NCBI GenBank assembly: GCA_042576705.1
Contig: JBHPEY010000004.1
Span: forward strand, 1,393 to 65,392
Source: Nanobdellota archaeon
Lineage (GTDB): Archaea > Nanobdellota > Nanobdellia > Woesearchaeales > UBA11576
Length of the DNA stretch: 64,000 nucleotides
Reading direction: 5' to 3'
A program made the translations under genes and the position numbers. Below the pieces are notes generated by a model that had not been told where the DNA came from, ran no database searches, and saw nothing but the letters and a program-made list of their open reading frames with translations. Below, in pieces: positions 54,127 to 61,760 of the stretch; the first letter of the stretch is position 1; each line of letters begins with the position of its first letter.

Positions 54127-55464
54127 TCACTCAATCACTAACTTCTGCCCATTCTGCATTATATGCAGATCCTCACCCACACGATAATCCATCTCCATAG
54201 CAAGCTCACTAAGCGCAGTTGCCATAGTGATGTCCCCATGCGCAGGGATGATGTGCTGCGGCTTGACCATGTTGATAAGATCCCGAAGGTCCTCTTTTGC
54301 AGCGTGCCCTGACACATGGATGTCCTTGAATATCCTGACATTGTTCTTCTTCAGCTTACTTTCAAGAACAGCGCGGTTAGCATGATTCAAAGGAGTGGGT
54401 ATCACTGTACAGCTGAATATCACATGATCCTCTTTCCAGAGCTTAAGCGGCGTAGTCCCCTCAGCAATCCTTGACAGCACAGCCTTTGGCTCGCCCTGAT
54501 GACCTGTGCATACGACAAGGTACTTGGCAGGATCTTTGGCTATCTCCTTCAATTTCTTATCGACCTGTTTCCTGTAGCGTGCGATGTATGCTTCCTTGCT
54601 GAAGTTGACTATCCCTATATCCTCTCCTGCCTGAACATACTTGCCAAGACTACGACCCAATAATATGACTTTACGATTCAATTTCTTGCCAAAATCAATG
54701 ATAGAATGCAGACGCGCAAGATGGGATGAAAACGTAGTCACAATCACCGCCTTCCCGCGGGAATCACAGGATAACATGACATCCCGCAGCATCTCCTTGG
54801 CCACAGATTCAGATGGTGTCTTCCGTGCTTCAGAGCTTCTTGTTCCGTCAACGACAAGGCACACAACATCCTCTTTTCCCAGCTTCTTCAGCCTGTCATA
54901 ATTAGGCTTCTTCCCGATTACAGGATGGTCGTCGAACTTGAAGTCATTTCCATACAGCACCTTTCCATAAGGTGTGTGCACCAGCACCATGACTGTCTGC
55001 GGTGTGGAATGTGTCACATTGATGAACTCAATCTTGATATTATCAGAGACCTTGATTACAGAGTTGGGATTCAATACTCTGATATCATTGTCAAGCTTGA
55101 TCTTTTCATCCTTGCATATTGCCTTGATGACCTCTGCAGTGAAAGGCGTACATATGATGTCTGCAGTGAATTTGTTTGACATGTAAGGGATGGCACCCAC
55201 ATGATCAAGATGCGCGTGCGTAGGGACGATAGCGACAACATTCTTCTTCCAGCTCTTGATAGGTTCAAGATCAGGTATAGCACCTATCTTTGTCAGTATG
55301 CTGGCGGTTATCTCTTTGTTGAGGTCATCATCATCAGTGTATTTGATGTAAGGGTCCAGATGCAGGCCCATGTCTATTATCACGACCTCATCATCCACGC
55401 GGATTGCGGTCATGTTCTTCCCGACCTCATTGTATCCGCCAACAGTGCATATCTCGATTGCCAT
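54127..55464 (-). CDS. rnj: beta-CASP metallo-beta-lactamase RNase (archaeal RNase J-like)
   Basis: VGGYNEVGKNMTAIRV, THAHLDHVGA, VSGHAAKEDL; 445 aa. Confidence 0.8.
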   Translation of the reverse strand: MAIEICTVGGYNEVGKNMTAIRVDDEVVIIDMGLHLDPYIKYTDDDDLNKEITASILTKIGAIPDLEPIKSWKKNVVAIVPTHAHLDHVGAIPYMSNKFTADIICTPFTAEVIKAICKDEKIKLDNDIRVLNPNSVIKVSDNIKIEFINVTHSTPQTVMVLVHTPYGKVLYGNDFKFDDHPVIGKKPNYDRLKKLGKEDVVCLVVDGTRSSEARKTPSESVAKEMLRDVMLSCDSRGKAVIVTTFSSHLARLHSIIDFGKKLNRKVILLGRSLGKYVQAGEDIGIVNFSKEAYIARYRKQVDKKLKEIAKDPAKYLVVCTGHQGEPKAVLSRIAEGTTPLKLWKEDHVIFSCTVIPTPLNHANRAVLESKLKKNNVRIFKDIHVSGHAAKEDLRDLINMVKPQHIIPAHGDITMATALSELAMEMDYRVGEDLHIMQNGQKLVIE

Positions 55465-55510
55465 TTTAGAACAGTCTCCGGTTTATGATTATTTAAATGT
55501 TATCAATCTA

Positions 55511-55619
55511 GCGCCACCCCCGCCGCCTAGCGAGCCTAAACACACAGAAGAAAGAACTGATTCAATCCAAAGAAACTACAAAACACCCAAATATAGTGCG
55601 AGCGCCGTGGGGGTGGCGC
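55511..55619. other. 11-bp GC clamp inverted repeat enclosing an 87-nt A/C-rich segment
   Basis: GCGCCACCCCC (55511..55521) pairs with GGGGGTGGCGC (55609..55619), directly after the stop of the PHP gene. On the minus strand the interior carries oligo-T tracts. Confidence 0.4.
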
Positions 55620-55621
55620 GT

Positions 55622-56434
55622 TCAAAGAAGAAGCGGTTTAGGCTCTCTCTTGTTGAATATGTGCACCTGCTTGACCCCAAGATCTTTGAGGACCTTGATT
55701 ACACTCTCAAAATTCCTGCCAAGATGCTCTGGATGATGAGCATCACTGCCGAGTGTTATCTTCTTCACACCCTTCTCAAGCAACACCTTCAGTATCTTGA
55801 TGTCTGGATACATCCCATCAGGCACAGTCCTTGACCAGCTTGTGTTGATCTCAAACCCGGTATCATTCTCGACAAGAAGCGAAGCGACTTCCTCCCATTC
55901 CGCGCGGACGCTCTCGAAATCAGGCTCACTTATCGCTTTCTTGTAGATATCGATATGCCCTATCACGTCAAAAAGCCCGGTCTGTATCGCTTTCTTCAGA
56001 AGCCTGAGATATTCCCTGTAAAGTTCTCCATGATCCAGGTCCTTTGCTTCTTCACGTGCTTCCGTATGCGAGACAGGGATGCCATCCACATAATGCAGGG
56101 AGCCGAGCACAAAATCAAAAGAATGCTTAGTAAGAAACTCCTTGATATATTCCTCTTCATCCTCTGTATAGCACATCTCTATCCCGAAAAAGATGTTCAC
56201 CCGCCCGTCCTTCTTGAGCTCATCGACTGTTGCGCGGTAAGTAGCCAGATTCTCATCTGTCAAAGACTGTTGAAAATCCCCTTTCACGACCTCAGAAGGC
56301 TCATGATGATTTGTTATGCAGATGTTCTTTATCCCTTTCTCTACAGCAGACTCGTACGCCTCGCGTATGCTCATTTTGCAGTCCGAAGAAACATTCGAAT
56401 GTATATGGAAATCCATCAGCATCTCTATCACCAT
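55622..56434 (-). CDS. PHP-domain phosphoesterase (HisJ-type histidinol phosphatase family)
   Basis: DFHIHSNVSSDC, ITNHHE, GHIDIY and GSDAHH metal-ligand motifs. Confidence 0.75.
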   Translation of the reverse strand: MVIEMLMDFHIHSNVSSDCKMSIREAYESAVEKGIKNICITNHHEPSEVVKGDFQQSLTDENLATYRATVDELKKDGRVNIFFGIEMCYTEDEEEYIKEFLTKHSFDFVLGSLHYVDGIPVSHTEAREEAKDLDHGELYREYLRLLKKAIQTGLFDVIGHIDIYKKAISEPDFESVRAEWEEVASLLVENDTGFEINTSWSRTVPDGMYPDIKILKVLLEKGVKKITLGSDAHHPEHLGRNFESVIKVLKDLGVKQVHIFNKREPKPLLL

Positions 56435-56443
56435 AAAATAAAA

Positions 56444-56600
56444 TGAGGGGGCAGGGACTTTCCCAGGCGGTTAGCGCCTGTTTTGAACCCTGGTAGGCAC
56501 TAAGCCAACAGATGGCCCATAGTAGTTCTTCATCGGCTGTTTAGGCCTCAGTACTCAACTAACTTGAGTCTGTCCCGTTTGGCCACTCCGGCACCCCCTC
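56444..56600 (-). tRNA. tRNA-Leu(CAA) with two introns (anticodon loop and T-loop)
   Basis: Minus strand: GAGGGGG-TG-CCG-GAGTGGCCAAA-CGG-G-ACAGA-CTCAAG[49-nt intron]A-TCTGT-TGGCTTAGTGCCTAC(long variable arm)-CAGGG-TTCAAA[ACAGGCGCTAACCGCCTGGGAAAG]T-CCCTG-CCCCCTC-A. The T-loop intron occupies plus-strand 56458..56481. Confidence 0.75.
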
Positions 56601-56684
56601 ATGGGCACTCAAAGTGCAATCTGAGAAATTACGGTTTACTATTTAAAATTAATCAATAAGTCTCAACAAACATAGAATTAAGCT

Positions 56685-57029
56685 TTAACTGAGCCTGCCT
56701 ATCTTATCTTCGACCATGCGCAACTCTGACTCGAGCTTACCGAGGTCATCTCCGATAGCTCCACGTTTCCTGCCTGTTGTGTTCTCTTCACTTCCGATAC
56801 GCACACGAAGGTCAGACGCAGGGAACGCCTTCTGAAGCCTGGCAATCATCAGGTTTATCTCTTTGTTTATCAGCTTGAGCTGCTCAACCCTCTCAAGCTT
56901 CATCACCCGCAGCTCTTTGATGCGTTCATACCGTTGAAGTATCGTGATTATCTGCCGGGAACTACCCAGAAGTCCGCGCCTGATGTCGTGCGAGTCCCTT
57001 ATCTGCACAAAGTATTGCTGGTCTGCCAT
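56685..57029 (-). CDS. coiled-coil protein, paralog 3 of a three-gene set
   Basis: Start at MADQQYFVQIRDSHDI.. (1 nt after the upstream stop). The N-terminal ~65 aa align to the module shared by the two upstream genes. Confidence 0.55.
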   Translation of the reverse strand: MADQQYFVQIRDSHDIRRGLLGSSRQIITILQRYERIKELRVMKLERVEQLKLINKEINLMIARLQKAFPASDLRVRIGSEENTTGRKRGAIGDDLGKLESELRMVEDKIGRLS

Positions 57030-57030
57030 T

Positions 57031-57270
57031 TTATATGTTCTCTGGCTCGAGCAGTGTCTGGTCGATGAAGTCAACCTTCCTCTCTATGTCTGCTATCTCA
57101 TTTGACCATAGCGCAAGCTCTGCATCTTCCTTGTTCTTGAGGTCGTTTATCTCGTGCAGTGTGGTCTTCGCATCGCTTATCTTGTTCTTGACAAGGTCTA
57201 GCACGTCGAGCACATCCTTGTACTCGTCGACCTTTACAAATACTGGTGCTTGTCTTTCCATATTGTTCAC
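57031..57270 (-). CDS. coiled-coil protein, paralog 2 (module only, 79 aa)
   Basis: APVFVKVDEYKDVLDVLDLVKNKISDAKTTLHEINDLKNKEDAELALWSNEIADIERKVDFIDQTLLE. Confidence 0.6.
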   Translation of the reverse strand: MNNMERQAPVFVKVDEYKDVLDVLDLVKNKISDAKTTLHEINDLKNKEDAELALWSNEIADIERKVDFIDQTLLEPENI

Positions 57271-58166
57271 CTTTCAAATAATGATCTGTCTATGAATAGG
57301 AGTTTCCTTTGCATGTCTTCAAGTGTCTGCCTGAAATCTTCATAATGCTGGTCCTGCGCGCCCTTGACATCTGTAATCCTGAAGAATATGTCATCCTCTT
57401 CCTTGAACTTTGCCTTGACCTGCTCGATATCGTCCATGATTGCCTTGACAGTGTCTGTCTTGATGAACAGCGGGCCTTCATGTCTCCTGCGCAGCAGAGG
57501 TTCATGTTCCGGTGCCACAAACACTGCTGGTGGCGCTTCTGCATGTTCTTCAATGATAGTATCTGCAGGTTCATCTTTGATGATTGGCATGGGCTCTGGT
57601 TCAGGTGTAAATTCAGGCGCCTCAGGCAATCCTTCAAGCGGAGGGATCGAATCAGGTATCATCGCGTCATGCGGCACCTCTGGGAACTCAGGCTTTGCCT
57701 GTTCAGGTGGTGCTTCCATCTTCTCCTCAGGCATCTCAAGATCAGGCAGTTTGGACATCTCTGGCTGGTCGATATCAGGAGGGAGTTCCAGAAGTTTCGG
57801 CGCATCTCCTTCAACAGGTACTGGATGTTCGGGTGCCATTGCCTCTGGCATCTCTGGTATGTGGGGCATCTCCGGCAAAGTCGGCATCGCTGGTTCTACC
57901 TTCTTAGGTTCTGTAGTCAACCCCGCCATCTCAGGCGGCTGTAGCATATCGACCTTTGGTGATTCCAGTTTAGTCTCTTCTGGTTTCGGAGGTACCTCTG
58001 CGGGTACTTCTGTCGGCAATGGTGGTAAAGAACTATCTGGCAATGAAGGGACATCTTCTTTCAGTGGCTCGGGAAATTCACCGCCCATCTTGGGTACTGG
58101 TGGCAGTTCTATTCCTGTAGCTGGAGTCGCTGCTTTATCCTTCTTCAAAAAGTCAAACATTCCCAT
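57267..58166 (-). CDS. Pro/Glu-rich protein with N-terminal amphipathic MGMFDFLKK and C-terminal coiled-coil module (paralog 1)
   Basis: C-terminus GPLFIKTDTVKAIMDDIEQVKAKFKEEDDIFFRITDVKGAQDQHYEDFRQTLEDMQRKLLFIDRSLFE aligns without gaps to paralog 2. I prefer the start at 58166 (GGGGGGT about 7 nt upstream); the track start is 58193. Confidence 0.6.
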   Translation of the reverse strand: MGMFDFLKKDKAATPATGIELPPVPKMGGEFPEPLKEDVPSLPDSSLPPLPTEVPAEVPPKPEETKLESPKVDMLQPPEMAGLTTEPKKVEPAMPTLPEMPHIPEMPEAMAPEHPVPVEGDAPKLLELPPDIDQPEMSKLPDLEMPEEKMEAPPEQAKPEFPEVPHDAMIPDSIPPLEGLPEAPEFTPEPEPMPIIKDEPADTIIEEHAEAPPAVFVAPEHEPLLRRRHEGPLFIKTDTVKAIMDDIEQVKAKFKEEDDIFFRITDVKGAQDQHYEDFRQTLEDMQRKLLFIDRSLFER

Positions 58167-58427
58167 TATTACCCCCCAAACAATTCTATGCATTACTGAG
58201 TATGCGACTATATAAATTTATATTAGTATTCCAGAATAGTAACAGGTCCGAAAAGGGCTGAGACCGTAGAATTTGCCGGAATCAGCCCGTATAGACCAAA
58301 ATTCCTACGGTGGTATCCTTTATTTCCGAAATTTCCCATACAACTTCCGGAAGCCTCACGTTCCTTTCAGGGCGTTTCCGGTTTCTGCGACAAAACAATC
58401 TAAAACCCCCGAAACAACTGTTATTAC

Positions 58428-59474
58428 ATGAGATTCCTGATACTGTTGATACCAGCAATAATACTCCTCCTGGGCGCAGCAAAGGCCTCAGAGACCAGAA
58501 GCACGATTGAGATGAGCATAAGCATAGACCCAGAGACAATCGATCTCAACCAATCAACTATTACCCTCAACGCCGCTCAACAATACAGCACCCAAAAAGA
58601 CACCAACATATCCATACCAATCCACGCATATAGGGGCAAGACACTAAAACGCACCATCTACATATGGATAGAAGACAACGAAGCAAAGAGAATCTCAACA
58701 AAAGAGAAGATATCATTACCAAAAAGATTCACTGCATACAACCTGACAGCAAATCTAAGCTTCAAAAGCTGCCCAACCACGACCCCTGCAAAGATTGTGG
58801 TCCAAGGCCTGGACCTGAACACCACCAAGCCAATCAAGGTCATCCTAGAAGATTGCGCCCAGCCCATCCACGAAAAAGAAAATATATCGAATGTTGTATC
58901 TTTCGACATATTAGATATCAAAAAACAAGCAGAATCAGGAACACAATTCAAGACAATGATACGGATAACCAACCCGACAGAAGATCATCTTGAAGTTGAT
59001 GCCTGGAGCTATGTATACAAGCACTCAAATTGCTACTCAGGCGAAAGAGAGCAGAACAGGAAGGCAATAAACCTCCCGGAATTCTCAAACGTGACATTCG
59101 ATCTCGAAAACACAGCGACAGCACCTGATGGAAACTACACGATAAAGTTCCTGTTCCTAAGATCAGACCGGAAAACCCCGAAAGAAATGAAGTTTCCGTT
59201 AGTCATACACAGTACAAACACCACCAATGAACAGACAAGCTCGCTGAGCATAGAAAAACAGGCAGCATCTACATCAGAAGAGCAGCAGAACCAGACAGAC
59301 ACATCAAGATTCGCAAAAAAACGCACCCTCTCCACATCAAACATCACAAACAAAACCCGCTCAGGTGAACCTGTCTACATGTCAAGCTCTGCAAAAGCAA
59401 GAAAGCTGACAGTCTATTTTCTCATAGCAGTCCTTGCACTCATTCTAGTGGCATTGATATTCAAGAGACTGTGA
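58428..59474 (+). CDS. secreted protein with C-terminal TM anchor, hypothetical
   Basis: Signal MRFLILLIPAIILLLGAAKA, two beta-sandwich-like halves with several N-x-S/T sequons, a Ser/Thr/Gln-rich stalk and the C-terminal LTVYFLIAVLALILVALIF. Confidence 0.6.
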   Translation: MRFLILLIPAIILLLGAAKASETRSTIEMSISIDPETIDLNQSTITLNAAQQYSTQKDTNISIPIHAYRGKTLKRTIYIWIEDNEAKRISTKEKISLPKRFTAYNLTANLSFKSCPTTTPAKIVVQGLDLNTTKPIKVILEDCAQPIHEKENISNVVSFDILDIKKQAESGTQFKTMIRITNPTEDHLEVDAWSYVYKHSNCYSGEREQNRKAINLPEFSNVTFDLENTATAPDGNYTIKFLFLRSDRKTPKEMKFPLVIHSTNTTNEQTSSLSIEKQAASTSEEQQNQTDTSRFAKKRTLSTSNITNKTRSGEPVYMSSSAKARKLTVYFLIAVLALILVALIFKRL

Positions 59475-59542
59475 TTACAGCCCCTTAGACCGTTAAATAA
59501 CCATAGAAAGATATATAAACCGTCTTTATTTTTTCTCCACCC

Positions 59543-60184
59543 ATGGCAAAGGAATCAGATACCAAATCAGACGAGAAAACCATCATTTCAGACAAGGAAA
59601 GGGCAGACAAAGGACAGATACTCTGCAGGATAGTCCTTGAGGTGCTGGGCGCGCCAAAAGACTATGTGAATGAAGCTGTCCAGATGGTGGTAGACAAGGT
59701 CCACAAGACAGAGAAGATAGACCTTGTCTCAGAAAACACCTATGAAGCAGAGGAAAAGGGCAAGATGTTCTCAGCATTCTCAGAGCTGGAGATCTGGTTC
59801 AATGACATGGACGTACTCATGCAGTTCCTTTTCAACTTCACACCATCATCTGTAGAGGTCATGCAGCCCTCAAAGATACCGATGGATTCTCATCTTGTCT
59901 CAGGGTTCTTCAACGACTTCCTGTTGAAGATGCATGACATGGGACTCAAGCTCAAGAACGTGTCAGCTCAGACCCAGGTGCTGCAGAAGAATGCAGACGC
60001 GCTGGTGAGAAATTTCTTTAATACAGTCCTTACAGAACCAAGGACATCTGAGGACCTATCGAAGATGACAGGCATACCTAAGGAGAATGTAGAGGGGATA
60101 CTGGAGAACTTCGAGAAGGCAGGGGTTGTGAAGAAACAAGGAGACAAATACTTATTATGCACTACTCCCTCATCTAACAGTTAA
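59543..60184 (+). CDS. hypothetical protein with C-terminal winged-helix-like segment
   Basis: RTSEDLSKMTGIPKENVEGILENFEKAGVVKKQGDKY at the C-terminus. GATATATAAA ends about 24 nt before the ATG. It does not look like ScpA. Confidence 0.5.
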   Translation: MAKESDTKSDEKTIISDKERADKGQILCRIVLEVLGAPKDYVNEAVQMVVDKVHKTEKIDLVSENTYEAEEKGKMFSAFSELEIWFNDMDVLMQFLFNFTPSSVEVMQPSKIPMDSHLVSGFFNDFLLKMHDMGLKLKNVSAQTQVLQKNADALVRNFFNTVLTEPRTSEDLSKMTGIPKENVEGILENFEKAGVVKKQGDKYLLCTTPSSNS

Positions 60185-60251
60185 TGTATATGGGGAGTAG
60201 GGCGACCAGAGAATTCTAGAATTCTCTGAGTATCAGAAGGAAACTAAAAAC

Positions 60252-61448
60252 ATGGCAGATGCAAAAAAAGAGGTTGAAGCTATTCTTTTCTCAGCAGGCC
60301 GAGTTGTCGAAGTCAAGGAGTTCCAGAAGATCCTGAACCTGCGCAAGCCAGGCCTTATCACAGAGGCGATCAAGGACATCAAGGAAGAGTACTCCGCAAG
60401 AGAGAGCCCTATAATGATTGTCGACGAGGGAGAAGGCTGGAAGCTAGCAGTCAGGGAGATGTATCTTCCAATGGTGCAGAGGATAAACCCTCACACAGAG
60501 CTGAGCAAATCCATTCTGGAGACCCTGGCAGTCATAACATGGAAACAGCCCATTATCCAGTCTGACGTGATAAAGATAAGGACAAACAAGGCATATGATC
60601 ACATAGCAGAGCTACAGCGATTGGGTTTCATAACAAAAGTAAGGCATGGAAGGAGCTACGCACTCAAGGTCACCCAAAAATTCCTGGATTATTTCGACCT
60701 GCCTGACATGAGCTCGATAAAAGAGGTCTTCAAGGACTTCAAGGATGTCGAGACAGCAGTGCAGAAGAAGGCCGAGGAGAAAATGGACAAGAAAGAGGAA
60801 GCAAAGCCAGAAGAACAGGTAGCAGAACCTGCTGAACCTGGTTCACAGGAGACAAAAGAAGAAGGAACAGAATTGGAGCCTTACATAGATGTCCTGCCAG
60901 AGGTGGAGCATCCAAAGCCAGAGAACAAGCTGGAAGTGTATGAAGGACCCTCTGCAGAAGAAGAGGATACCGCACACAAGGAAGAAGGGGAATCCGAAGA
61001 GACCGGGGAGCAGGCAGAAGCTGATGCAGAAGCTGATGCAGAAGAAGAGGAAGGAGAGGAATCTGAAGCAGACAAGACAAGACGGATTGCAAAAGAGCTT
61101 CTGGAGGAAGAGAAACGGGAAGAGCCAGAGGAGATTGAAGCTGCAGAGCGTGAACTCCATCCAGAACTTGAGCAGTTCATAGAGAAATCCATTGACGAAA
61201 TCAAGCCTAAGGGCACTGAGGATCACAGGGAAGAGACAGAGGAACCTGAAGAAGGTGAAGAGCACGAGGGAGCAGAAGAGCATGAACCTGCCGAAGAACC
61301 CGAAGCTCACGAAGAAGCCGAGTCCGGAGACAAGAACAAGCAGATGCCTGCAGAGGAATACCCTGGTCAGTTCGCAAAAGATGCAGCAGCAGAACAAGAA
61401 GGCGAGGAGCACGAAGAAGAACCCTCTGAAGAAGGGAAGAAAGAGTAA
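60252..61448 (+). CDS. scpB: segregation and condensation protein B with a ~230-aa acidic tail
   Basis: VEAILFSAGRVVEVKEFQKIL and ETLAVITWKQPIIQSDVIKIRTNKAYDHIAELQRLGFI (two wHTH), followed by a Glu-rich tail. Confidence 0.8.
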   Translation: MADAKKEVEAILFSAGRVVEVKEFQKILNLRKPGLITEAIKDIKEEYSARESPIMIVDEGEGWKLAVREMYLPMVQRINPHTELSKSILETLAVITWKQPIIQSDVIKIRTNKAYDHIAELQRLGFITKVRHGRSYALKVTQKFLDYFDLPDMSSIKEVFKDFKDVETAVQKKAEEKMDKKEEAKPEEQVAEPAEPGSQETKEEGTELEPYIDVLPEVEHPKPENKLEVYEGPSAEEEDTAHKEEGESEETGEQAEADAEADAEEEEGEESEADKTRRIAKELLEEEKREEPEEIEAAERELHPELEQFIEKSIDEIKPKGTEDHREETEEPEEGEEHEGAEEHEPAEEPEAHEEAESGDKNKQMPAEEYPGQFAKDAAAEQEGEEHEEEPSEEGKKE

Positions 61449-61449
61449 A

Positions 61450-61605
61450 ATGGGCAAGTTCTATTTCAAGCTGAAGTGTCCCAAGTGCGGCCACAAGATG
61501 CTTTACCACACAGACACCAAGATACTTTCTGACAAGCGCAAGTCCTGCGTATACTGTGGCAAGAGCTTCAAGGTCAAGGAGCACATCGTAAATGAAGTCA
61601 CTTAA
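61450..61605 (+). CDS. small Zn-ribbon protein (51 aa), internal to a longer track ORF
   Basis: MGKFYFKLKCPKCGHKMLYHTDTKILSDKRKSCVYCGKSFKVKEHIVNEVT has two CxxC pairs. The ATG lies 1 nt after the scpB stop. Confidence 0.5.
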   Translation: MGKFYFKLKCPKCGHKMLYHTDTKILSDKRKSCVYCGKSFKVKEHIVNEVT

Positions 61606-61760
61606 TCCTGACCCATCCATGGCCCCCACACCCAAGGAATTCAAACCCCCTAAACCCTCAAATTCAGCCACCTCAACCCCTCTAAACCTATTTTAAAAAC
61701 AAAACAAATATAAACCCTCATTTTTTCCTAGAACACAGTTTCTAGCAGATTTGACGCAAA

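Noticed and set aside
57309-58215. 211-aa and 283-aa plus-strand ORFs
   Set aside because: They are antisense to the Pro/Glu-rich gene. GAA/CCT-rich coding sequence yields long open Ser/Gly/Phe-rich frames on the opposite strand. They have no promoter or start context.
60739-61457. Several minus-strand ORFs (117, 204 and 111 aa)
   Set aside because: They are antisense to the Glu-rich tail of scpB, and are low-complexity Leu/Phe/Ser frames generated by GAA/GAG repeats.
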